The notes under the pieces are model-generated. The model was not told where the DNA came from, searched no databases, and was given only the letters and a program-made list of their open reading frames with translations. The translations under genes and the position numbers were made by a program. From Nitrosopumilaceae archaeon (GTDB lineage Archaea > Thermoproteota > Nitrososphaeria > Nitrososphaerales > Nitrosopumilaceae): 64,000 bases of DNA. Every line of letters begins with the position of its first letter. The first letter of the stretch is position 1. Positions 54,301 to 64,000 of the stretch are shown here, piece after piece. The stretch is from NCBI GenBank assembly GCA_965207375.1, contig OZ242274.1, positions 1,856,001-1,920,000 on the forward strand, read 5' to 3'.

Positions 54301-57300
54301 CCAGGTGTTGCAGATAGGCTTGTTGGTGCAGCAGGTACAGTTCTAGGTGTAGCATCAGTAGTGCTAGATGCCGTTCCTGTTCCTGCTGTATTTACTGCAC
54401 TTACTCTAAACTGATACTGTACACCGTTTGTAAGACCTGTTACAATGACCGTTGTACTAGTTGATGTGCCATCAGTAAAGGTGTTCCATAAAGTCCCATC
54501 TGTACTGTATTCTATTTTATAATCTGTAATTGGAGAACCACCATTGGTTGCAGGAGCAGTCCAAGATAATGAGACTTGAGAGTTACCAGGTGTTGCAGAA
54601 AGACTTGTTGGTGCAGCAGGTACAGTAATAGATGTAGGATTTAACGAGGTAGACACGGTCAGAGATATCGTATTTGAAGCAATGTTATCGTTGCCTGCCA
54701 TGTCCTGTGCAGATCCTACAGGTATGTTTACTGTAAGTGTACCACTTGACGGATTTGTCACCGTAAAGTAATGTGCATTACGCTCTACGTATATTCTATA
54801 ATTGTTAGCATCAGTAACATAAACGCCTCCTGCAGGACCGATAGCAATAGAGTTTAGAATAGTGCCAAAAAAGTCACTAGTTAAAGTACCGTTAAATTGT
54901 GAAATATATGTTCCTGATGGATCAAAAATTTGAATACGGTTATTCCCTGCATCTGTAACATATATGTAATCTGTATCATTGATTGCTATTCCAGTAGGGC
55001 GGTCAAACTGTCCATCTCCTGAACCTCCACTGCCAAAAGAATTCAAATGATTGCCAGAGGAATTAAATATCAAGATACGGTGATTATAATTATCTGATGC
55101 AAATATGTGACCCGTGGAGTTTATTGCTACTTTTCCTCGCGGTTCTTGATTATTAGGTGTGCTAATCTGTGCCAAATAATTGCCAGAAGGGTCAAATATT
55201 TGGATACGACTATTGAACGAATCTGTAATAAATAGGTGATCCGTAGAGTTTGTTATTATTCCTCCATTCCAAGAATCAAACTGACCATCCTCATTACCAT
55301 ATTCTCCAAACTGTGCCAAATAATTGCCAGAAGGATCAAATATTTGGATACGGTCATTGTGCGAATCAAGAACAAATATGTGACCCGTGGAATTTACTGT
55401 TATTCCATTAGGAGTATTAAATTGTCCATCTCTTGAACCTGCACTGCCAAAAGAATTCAAATGATTGCCAGAGGAGTCAAATATCATGATACGATGTTGG
55501 TTTATATCTGTAACAAATATGTGACCCGTGGAATTTACTGTTATATCAAACGCACGATTAAAAGAGTTATCAATCCTACTGCTAAAATAACCTTGAAAGG
55601 GGGAAATAAAATTCTGCACCGTTCCAGAAGATACAGAAATATCAGATATTTCAAATCCAGTAACATTCTCACTGAATTTTATAAAAAATGGTATAGATGA
55701 AAGGGTTGTCGATCCTGATACAGTAGTGGACAATCTTACAGATGGAGACGCAGTATCAATGGTATCAGGTATGGTATAATCAAGAGAGTCAGATGTAGCC
55801 CCCGACCCTATCGCGTTTATTGCACTTACTCTAAACTGATAAGCTTGTCCGTTTGTGATACCTGTGACAATTGTAGAGGTTTTATTAAATACACCATCAT
55901 CAAAGGTACTCCATGAAGTGCCTGCGTTTGAGCTGTATTCGATTTTATAATCTGTAATTGCAGAACCGCCGTTGTTTGTTGGTGCAGTCCAAGATAATGT
56001 GATTCTGGCATTGCCAGGTGTTGCAGAAAGACTCGTTGGTGCACCTGGAGTAGATACTGGTGTTGCAGAAACAGTACCAGATGCTATTCCCGTACCTACC
56101 AGATTTATGGCATAAATTCTAAAATCATATTGTTCTCCGTTTGTCAAGCCGGTTATAATATGTGATGTCAGATTACCTATGGTGTCAGATGTACCAGGCC
56201 ATGATTCTGTTGATGCCTTGTGTTGTATGGTATATCCAGTAATTGCAGAGCCGCCATTGTTTGTTGGAGCAGTCCAAGATAGTGTAACTTGAGAGTTGCC
56301 AGGTGTTGGATTAAGACCTGTTGGTGCAGTAGGGGGTATTGCAGGTGTAGCATCAGTAATACTAGATGCCGTTCCTATTCCTATCGTAGTTATTGCACTT
56401 ACTCTAAATTGATATTGTACACCGTTTGTAAGACCTGTTATAATGACAGTTGTGTCAGTGGATGTGCCATCAGTAAATGTATTCCATGAAGTACCTGCGT
56501 TTGCACTGTATTCTATTTTATAATCTGTAATTGCAGAACCGCCATTGTTTGTTGGAGCAGTCCAAGACAGTGTAACTTGAGAGTTGCCAGGTGTTGGATT
56601 AAGACCTGTTGGTGCAGTAGGTGTAGTTACAGGGGTAGCAGAAACAGTTGCATGTGTGTCACTCTCCCCTATCGCATTTATTGTACTTACTCGGAACTGG
56701 TAAGCCTGTCCGTTTGTAAGACCTGTGACGGTTACAGTTGTTGTAGTTGCAGTGCCGTCATTGACTGTAGTCCATGTGTTCCCATTTATACTGTACTCTA
56801 TTTTATAATCTGTAATTGCAGATCCTCCATTATTTGGTGCAGTCCAGGACAGTGTAACTTGAGAGTTGCCAGGTGTTGCAGAAAGACTTGCTGGTGCAGC
56901 AGGTTTGCTTGTAGGTGTGGCACTAATAGTATCAGATACCGAACTCGGTCCTTCTGCATTTATTGCACTTACTCTGAACTGATACTGTACACCGTTTGTA
57001 AGACCTTCGATAGGGACAAATGCCTGAGGGCTAATACCGTCATCAAATGTACTCCAAGTTGTACCCGAGTCTGAACTGTACTCTATTTTATAATCGGTAA
57101 TTGCAGATCCTCCATTATTTGGTGCAACCCAAGATAAAGTTATGTATCCACTATCTGGGGTTCCAAACTCAGAGGTGGCAATTAAACCGGTAGGAGCTGT
57201 AGGTATGGTTGCAGGTGTGGCACTAGTAGTATCAGATACTGGACCTTGTCCTTCTGCATTTATTGCACTTACACGGAACTGGTAAGCTTGTCCGTTTGTT

Positions 57301-58667
57301 AAACCCGTTACGATAGTAGAGGTGGTAGTTGCAGTGCCGTCAGTAAATGTAGTCCATAAAGTCCCATCTGTACTGTATTCTATTTTATAATCTGTAATTG
57401 CAGAGCCACCGTTGGTTGCAGGAGCAGTCCAAGACAGTGTAACCTGTGTGTTGCCATGTTCTACAGTAAAATCGGTAGGCATACCAAGAACTCCCAATAT
57501 ATTTAGGGTTATTGTATTTGAGGCAGTATTACCACTTCCACCTTTATCCTGTACAGATCCGGCAGGTATGTTTACTGTGAGTGTACCAGTTTGTGGGTCT
57601 TGTACTCTAAAAGAATACGCATCATTGTTCATGTAGATTCGGCTATTACCAGTATCTACCACATAGATAGATCCTGTCGAGTCAAATGCAATGCCTATAG
57701 GGTTTGAAAACCGACCACCTGTTGTGTCAAAACCTTCAAACTTGTCAAGGAATTTGCCTGATGGGTCAAATATCTGGGTACGGTTGTGGCCAGCATCTAT
57801 TACATAGACTGCTCCTGTTGAGTTGAGTGCAATATGACGTGGATCATCAAATCGACCGTCTTGATTTATGCTACCACTTCCGCCAAACTTGCCAATCACG
57901 TTGCCTGAGGGGTCAAAAATCAGAACTGCGTTATAGGATTCAGTCGTCACGTAAATGTAACCAGTACTGTTTATTGCTATTCCAAATGGTAGAGTAGACT
58001 GCCTGTCGCCTGTGGTGCCTTTAAATTTTGAGGTAAATGTGCCCATACTATCAAATACCTGGATTCGACCATTATTTCGATCTGTTACATAGACATAACC
58101 AGTACTGTTTATTGCTATTCCTTGAGGGGTACTAAACTGACCGTCTCCTGTGCCTTTTGTGCCAAACTGACTCAAAAATTTGCCTGATGGATCAAATATC
58201 TGGATTCTATTGTGGCCGGAATCTACCACATAGATGTAATCGGTACTGTTTATTGTTATTGCTCGTGGTGATTCAAATTGTCCGTCTCCTGTGCCTTTTG
58301 TGCCAAAATGCGAGACATAAGTCATGGAATTGTCAAATATTGCGATTCGTTCATTTTCTGTATCTGCTACAAATATGTGGCCTGTACTGTTTATTGCTAT
58401 TCCTTGAGGGCTCCGAAGTTGAGCTTCATTTGTACCAAATTGTCCAAAATAACCATTAAACGGTGCAATTAGATTCTGTACCGTTCCAGAAGATACTGTA
58501 ACATCAGATGCACTAAAGCCGGTTACATTTTCGCTGAATTGAGCCGTAAATGGAATAGATAGAAAGTTAGTAGAATTTGGCGCAGGAGTAGATAATACTA
58601 CAGTAGGAGAATCTGCAAAGGCATTCTGATCAAGTACAGATATTGTAGATATGAGAGATATCGATAG

Positions 58668-60410
58668 GATTCTCCAGCGTTATCTGTTGGTCAAAGTCAA
58701 TATGCAAATTTTCTCCGAATTGCCCGTGCCTAAAATTTCTTCAATTGTTACATAGTTTGTTCTTGTGCAGGTAAAAGAGATCAAAAATTTAACCATTTTT
58801 TCAAAATTTGTTAACCCACATGATCCAAATACACACGACATGTAGTCCCATCGATTACCACAATGATGGGACAAACACATCAAAAACCATGTACAGGATC
58901 AAAATTTAAACTACACGAAAAATTTGAGGCTATACGAAACAAGACATCTACACTGCTTACGCGCAGTACTGACAAAATGACACGAGTTACCAGATGGATG
59001 AGTACACGTGTATCCTGGAGTAAGGGTGCACAAGGGCGTGGAAACCGTGCCTTGAAAATACTAGAAACACAAAATGCAATAAAAAAAGTCAAACCTAACC
59101 ATTACACAGTACAGTCCCAATCTAAGGACAACATCAGATATACCGTGATACAGAAAAAAAATTCTTGGTCATGTGACTGTCCAGATTACAAATACAGACA
59201 AGCTCAATGCAAACACATCCTGGCAGTAATTGCAGATGTAACAGATAGAGAGGCAGAGACAATAATGGATGGACACCCCAAAGATGCGTCTGAGCTGCCT
59301 TGCCAGGACAAACAGATCAAAGATACAGATGACAGCACTGAAAAGGTCACAGAAATATGTCTAATAGAAATCCCATCCCACTGTATTCGTTGCGGTAACG
59401 ACCGTCTCATAAAATATGGTCATATACAGCGTCAAAATGGCATTACACAGCGATACCAATGCAAAAATTGCAAGCGTGTTTTTGGGTACAGAGGCGGCAT
59501 GGAACATGCACGAATAGAATCATGGGCAATTCTAGATGCACTTGATGCCTACTTTAAAGGACATACACCTACTGCAATACAAGACACGCTAGCACAAAAG
59601 GGAGTGTATGTGTGTATATCTACGATATACAGATGGATAATCAAATTTGTAACAATGGCGTATAGATACCTGATGTCACTTTCAATTAATACAGGCAATC
59701 GATTCTGTGCAGACGAGGAATACATTTCAATAAGAGGTAAACAAAATTATCTTTTTGCAGAGACTGATTATGATACCCGATTTTTGCTGGCATTGGAGGT
59801 TGCAGACTGCAAGGACGGACACAATGCAGAAAATCTACTCAAAACTGCAGCAGTTCGTGCCGGAAAGAAACCTACAGAATTTGTAAGCGATGCCCTGCCC
59901 TCATATGCACAGGCATTTGAATCAGTGTATGCTGCACCAAACGCGATACATCAACATTGTATACACATATCAAATGCAGGAATTTCCAAAAAGAACAACA
60001 ACAATGTCCAGGAAAGATTCAATGGAACATTACGTTCTATACAACGACCCAGACGCGGCATTAAAAGTAAAAACTCGCCAATATTTGCAGGATGTGATAT
60101 TTATTACAATTTCATGCGACCTCACTCGAGTCTTGGAGGCAGGACGCCTGCAGAGGCTGCAGGCATAACTATACACGGACAAAAGTGGAGGACCGTAATA
60201 TCAAACGCTGCACTGTACGTGCAATAAACTATAATGTCAAAGTTACATGTGTGATGAAACAGTGACAACTCGGAGAAGATTATGTTCTGCTAATGTGTGA
60301 TTGCTTTGATAATGTGTGATTGATCTGCTGGTACAGGCAGTAATCTAGGCACGGGCAATCCAGAGAAAATTTGTATATTGACTTTTACCAACAATTAATG
60401 CTGGAGAATC
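58668..60410 (+). mobile_element. IS6-like insertion sequence with 65-bp TIRs (1743 bp)
   Basis: 58668-58732 and 60346-60410 are inverted repeats (58/65 identical); 8-bp duplication ATCGATAG at 58660-58667 and 60411-60418. Confidence 0.92.
58863..60227 (+). CDS. SWIM finger + zinc ribbon + HTH + DDE transposase (IS6-like)
   Basis: CDCPDY...CKH; CIRC...QRYQCKNC; STIYRWI; ADE, VSD, NNVQER; YYNFMRPHSSLGGRTPA. Confidence 0.9.
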   Translation: MMGQTHQKPCTGSKFKLHEKFEAIRNKTSTLLTRSTDKMTRVTRWMSTRVSWSKGAQGRGNRALKILETQNAIKKVKPNHYTVQSQSKDNIRYTVIQKKNSWSCDCPDYKYRQAQCKHILAVIADVTDREAETIMDGHPKDASELPCQDKQIKDTDDSTEKVTEICLIEIPSHCIRCGNDRLIKYGHIQRQNGITQRYQCKNCKRVFGYRGGMEHARIESWAILDALDAYFKGHTPTAIQDTLAQKGVYVCISTIYRWIIKFVTMAYRYLMSLSINTGNRFCADEEYISIRGKQNYLFAETDYDTRFLLALEVADCKDGHNAENLLKTAAVRAGKKPTEFVSDALPSYAQAFESVYAAPNAIHQHCIHISNAGISKKNNNNVQERFNGTLRSIQRPRRGIKSKNSPIFAGCDIYYNFMRPHSSLGGRTPAEAAGITIHGQKWRTVISNAALYVQ

Positions 60411-60463
60411 ATCGATAGTAACAGAATATAACATTGCAATCGAGTTGGATTCATTTATTTGAA

Positions 60464-60473
60464 CCCCCCCCCC
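60464..60473 (-). repeat. G10 homopolymer just upstream of the giant gene start
   Basis: Ten consecutive C on + strand, 9 nt from the ATG at 60454. Confidence 0.9.
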
Positions 60474-61056
60474 GTCCCGTAAGGGGTAAGTTCAGTATTC
60501 CAAACAAGTGTTATATCATAATACATTATAATCACAGTTTTACATTATACATATTCAATTATGTGTAAATTATTTTACAGTTTTTAAATTTATTAGTTAA
60601 CCCTAGCCAATCAAAGTTACTGTAAAATACACATAGATTGAAGTCTAAAAAGACAGTAGGTATTACATTAGGAATCATCAGAAATATTGATTTTATCATT
60701 ATGGCGTTTGTCTAATTTGGACACTATATATAGCAAATACATCATGTGTTTTTTCCATAAATCAAGAGTAATGACTCAGATAGACGATCAAATACAATAA
60801 CAGCTATAATCCAAGGAAAAAAATTGCGTGTTAGAGGATATTATTTATCGGATAATCACCTGAGACAATGATCGTTTAGATATTGTATTTTTTGCAATGG
60901 AATGTGCAGGTTTAACGTACACATGTAGTATTCATATTTTGTTCGTGTATACTCTAAGACCATTTTGACAAGTGTTGTCCTACCAGTCTCAAATGGGCCA
61001 AGTCTACAGCAACTGATCCATTAACATTTAGTAATTAGTAACGTGTTTGATTTTTT

Positions 61057-62967
61057 ATGTCTGAGAAATTTTTAATCGGACTTGGCAATAACAAGCCAGA
61101 AATTCGCAAATCAGCAGATTCGGATTTTGTTTCCTTTTGGGATAATGAGGCAAAAAAATTATCATGGTTTGAACCTTGGACGAAAACTCTTGATTGGAAT
61201 TTTCCCTTTGCAAGGTGGTTTGTAGGAGGTAAAATCAACGCGTCATATAACGCACTGGATGTTCATCAAAGGGATAGTGCATCAAAACCTGCAATATTGT
61301 GGGAGGGTGAAAATGGTGATTCGAAGGTATTATCGTATCAGGATATGTGGGAGGAGGTTCAAAAATTTTCCAATGTGCTAAAATCACTTGGCTTGAAAAA
61401 GGGAGACCGCATAACAATCTATCTGCCAATGGTACCAGAGTTACCAATTGCAATGTTGGCATGTGCAAGAATTGGTGTTACACATACAGTGGTGTTTTCC
61501 GGATTTAGTGCAGTCTCATTAAAAGATAGAATTGAGGATTCTGAATCAAAGCTTGTCATCACTGCAGATGGAGGATATAGACGCGGCAACATTGTAAAGC
61601 TCAAAGAAACAGTAGATGAGGTAATTGTAGATCTTGATTTTGTAAAAAACGTAATTGTAGTAAAGAGAACAAAAAACAAAATACAGATGAATTTGCGAGA
61701 TCATTATTGGTATGATTTGACAGACAACGTATCATCTAAATGTCCTGCAGAAAAATTAGACAGTGCACATCCGCTTTACATACTGTATACATCAGGTACC
61801 ACAGGAAAGCCAAAGGGAGTGCTGCACGGTACGGGAGGATATCTGACACATTTGCATTCCACATTTAGATGGGCATTTGACATAAAGAATTCAGATGTTT
61901 ATTTTTGTACAGCAGACATTGGATGGGTAACAGGACACAGCTATACAGTGTATGCTCCATTACTTTGTGGTGCAACACAAGTAATGTACGAAGGTGCACC
62001 AGATTTTCCTGACACAGCTAGAATGTGGGAAATACTACAAAAGTACAAGGTTACCATATTTTATACAACTCCTACGGCACTGCGAATGTTTATGAAATTT
62101 GGAGACAATATTCCAAATTCATTTGATCTTTGTTCACTCAGATTGTTGGGAACAGTTGGAGAGCCAATAAATCCCGAGGTTTGGAGGTGGTATTTTAAAA
62201 CGATTGGAAAGGAAAAATGCCCCATTATTGATACTTGGTGGCAAACAGAGACTGGAGGCATGCTGATTTCTCCCCTTCCAGGATTAGAAACTATACCATT
62301 AAAGCCAGGATCTGCAGCTAGACCAATTCCAGGATTAGATGTGGCAATAGTTGACGAGGCAGGAAACGATGTCAAACCAAACACAAAGGGACACCTTGTA
62401 ATTAAAACTCCATGGCCAGGAATGTTATTGACCCTGTGGAAGGATGATAAAAAGTACAAAACGGCATATTGGTCAAAATATGAAAATTGTTATCATCCCG
62501 GAGACTATGCAATAAAAGATGAGGATGGATATTTTTGGTTATTGGGACGTGCAGACGACGTGCTCAAGGTTGCAGGTCATCGCATTGGTACTGCTGAGCT
62601 GGAAAGTAGCATTGTGACACATGCAGACGTTGCAGAATCTGCAGTGTGTGGAGTGGCAGATAATACAAAAGGCGAAGTCATTGTGGCATTTGTGGTTTTA
62701 AAAGACAAAGTAGACAGAGATCCTGTCCTGCTTCGTAAAGAGATCACAGTCAAAATTCGTAACGGCGTAGGACCAATTGCCACCCCTGAACAAATCTATT
62801 TTGTATCTAAACTTCCAAAAACACGAAGTGGTAAAATCATGCGGCGGTTACTCAAGGCAATTGCAGGAAAACAAACCATAGGAGATATCAGTACTTTGGA
62901 AGACGGTACAGCAGTTGCTGATGTTCAATCTGCATTTGACGAGTTACAAAAATCCGTCGGTAGTTAA
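61057..62967 (+). CDS. acs: AMP-forming acetyl-CoA synthetase
   Basis: YTSGTTGKPKG, ADIGWVTGHSY, DTWWQTETG, PKTRSGKIMRR. Confidence 0.95.
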   Translation: MSEKFLIGLGNNKPEIRKSADSDFVSFWDNEAKKLSWFEPWTKTLDWNFPFARWFVGGKINASYNALDVHQRDSASKPAILWEGENGDSKVLSYQDMWEEVQKFSNVLKSLGLKKGDRITIYLPMVPELPIAMLACARIGVTHTVVFSGFSAVSLKDRIEDSESKLVITADGGYRRGNIVKLKETVDEVIVDLDFVKNVIVVKRTKNKIQMNLRDHYWYDLTDNVSSKCPAEKLDSAHPLYILYTSGTTGKPKGVLHGTGGYLTHLHSTFRWAFDIKNSDVYFCTADIGWVTGHSYTVYAPLLCGATQVMYEGAPDFPDTARMWEILQKYKVTIFYTTPTALRMFMKFGDNIPNSFDLCSLRLLGTVGEPINPEVWRWYFKTIGKEKCPIIDTWWQTETGGMLISPLPGLETIPLKPGSAARPIPGLDVAIVDEAGNDVKPNTKGHLVIKTPWPGMLLTLWKDDKKYKTAYWSKYENCYHPGDYAIKDEDGYFWLLGRADDVLKVAGHRIGTAELESSIVTHADVAESAVCGVADNTKGEVIVAFVVLKDKVDRDPVLLRKEITVKIRNGVGPIATPEQIYFVSKLPKTRSGKIMRRLLKAIAGKQTIGDISTLEDGTAVADVQSAFDELQKSVGS

Positions 62968-62968
62968 A

Positions 62969-63598
62969 TCACTGTGGGTTTAATTCTGCGTTGCCAAATA
63001 AAACACTAAACGGCTTGCACCAAATTAAAACCTGATTGTATTTTTCCAAATCAACGTCATCAGGCATGACATAGTTTTGATTGCCTTGGTTTGCCTTTAA
63101 TTTTCCCAAACTGATAAAGTCAGATGCATGTTTGTCAGTTGCCAAGTAAACATACAGATCAGGACCGTTGGTAGATCGAAATTCTTCCAAGCGTAAGATT
63201 TCAGAGCCATCTTGCAAAGGAATAATTTTTGCAATTCCTTGAGCATCATGAATTCCATCACCTACACCTACAAATGTGCCCTCATAGAGCCTTGCAATTT
63301 CCTGTGTCTCTTCATCTTGTATCATGGTTTCTTTTTCTGTCATGGTTTCTTTTTGAGTTTCATCTTCCATGGTTTCTTTTTGAGTTTCATCTTCCATGGT
63401 TTCTTTTTCTGTCATGGTTTCTTTTTGGGTTTCTTCCATTTGTTCGTCTTGTGTAATTTCTTCCTCCATTGATTGTGTTATTACATTATCTGGCAAGGCT
63501 TCATTAATTGATGATTCGGTAAAGTACGGACTAAGAGCATAAGCAGAAATTGAAATTATCACTACAGCAACAGCTATTGAAATAATTACTTTGTTCAT
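62969..63598 (-). CDS. DM13-domain membrane-anchored protein with acidic Met-rich repeat linker
   Basis: N-terminal TM; GPDLYVYL, GNQNY, LIWC..F..LFG. Confidence 0.88.
   Translation of the reverse strand: MNKVIISIAVAVVIISISAYALSPYFTESSINEALPDNVITQSMEEEITQDEQMEETQKETMTEKETMEDETQKETMEDETQKETMTEKETMIQDEETQEIARLYEGTFVGVGDGIHDAQGIAKIIPLQDGSEILRLEEFRSTNGPDLYVYLATDKHASDFISLGKLKANQGNQNYVMPDDVDLEKYNQVLIWCKPFSVLFGNAELNPQ
63322..63440 (-). repeat. Mixed 18/27-bp tandem repeats (KETM core)
   Basis: CATGGTTTCTTTTT recurs five times. Confidence 0.85.
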
Positions 63599-64000
63599 AA
63601 TGATGTTATTTCAAAATTGTATATAATGAATTCTCCAGATCTTTTACAAGTATAAAAAACATAAAATAATCAGGATATGACAGATACAGACATCTCAACA
63701 TCCTTTTGTCTCAATGTGTCAGCAATTGCAGTAGGATAGTGTTAATCCCACTAGGAGAACGCCTGTATTCATACACCTTAAAGTAGAACGAAAAAAGGCA
63801 GGTAAATTAATCATACTGATAGATTATTGTGCAAAACATGGAATCATTTTACGGGGTTTACGCTAGATTTTACCGATTACAAAATAAGATGTATTTCATA
63901 TACTGTCTACATGTATTTCTTATTTGCCCTGACATAATACTTTATGAACCATTTTAGAAAGTAAATTTCATCTAACATTGTCTGTCCTTTTTCTAGTGCC

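Larger units (their letters stand above)
48690..60454 (-). pseudogene. Giant secreted FN3/NHL/Ig-like protein gene (about 2902 aa) interrupted by two IS elements
   Basis: Joining 60454-60411, 58659-51387 and 50081-48690 gives one open frame from MNPTRLQCYILLLSISLISTISVLDQNAFA to ATLTVR; includes track ORFs 51369..58325 and 48690..49823. Confidence 0.93.

Noticed and set aside
48690-58325. Diversity-generating retroelement TR/VR among near-identical FN3 segments
   Set aside because: No reverse transcriptase in the window and no evident adenine-specific mismatch pattern; ordinary domain duplication explains it.
51369-58325. Treating the 2318-aa and 377-aa ORFs as separate complete genes
   Set aside because: The last residues QLTHQ come from the IS end, and target duplications show both ORFs are pieces of one gene.
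58680-58883. IS-encoded minus-strand ORF providing a new N-terminus to the giant protein
   Set aside because: It is in the same frame but ends at TAA 58680-58682 inside the TIR; there is no evidence for readthrough.
60490-61056. Long non-coding stretches (also 48262-48689 and 63600-64000) as RNA genes
   Set aside because: AT-rich, with no tRNA cloverleaf, convincing stems or repeats seen by eye.

Overview
Chromosomal window of an ammonia-oxidising archaeon (Nitrosopumilaceae, Thaumarchaeota). The assignment rests on DnaJ-ferredoxin, Ser-type thaumarchaeosortase, CdvA, double-domain ThyX, CofE and Alba. Positions 1-48 kb and 61-64 kb are mostly core genes (smc, proS, argS, dinB, dys, ino1, egtBD, a sulfur cluster, proteasome beta, hom, acs). 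Several of them carry nucleotide-perfect in-frame tandem repeats (Alba, an H1-like basic protein, acylphosphatase, DM13 protein, collagen). Positions 48.7-60.5 kb hold one giant secreted-protein gene (about 2902 aa when reconstructed: 17 FN3 domains plus three Ig-like domains each split by an NHL propeller). It is cut by two insertion sequences with intact ends and target duplications: an ISH3-family element, and a SWIM/Zn-ribbon IS6-like element with unusually long 65-bp inverted repeats. An IS110 remnant near 4.7-5.2 kb keeps a structured 3' non-coding region that is a candidate bridge/seek RNA. Two small zinc-binding ORFs missed by the ORF track were also found. The FN3/NHL expansion and IS load suggest a host-associated (e.g. 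sponge) lineage, but that is inference. No rRNA, tRNA or CRISPR array was seen. Protein assignments are by motif recognition only, with no database search.
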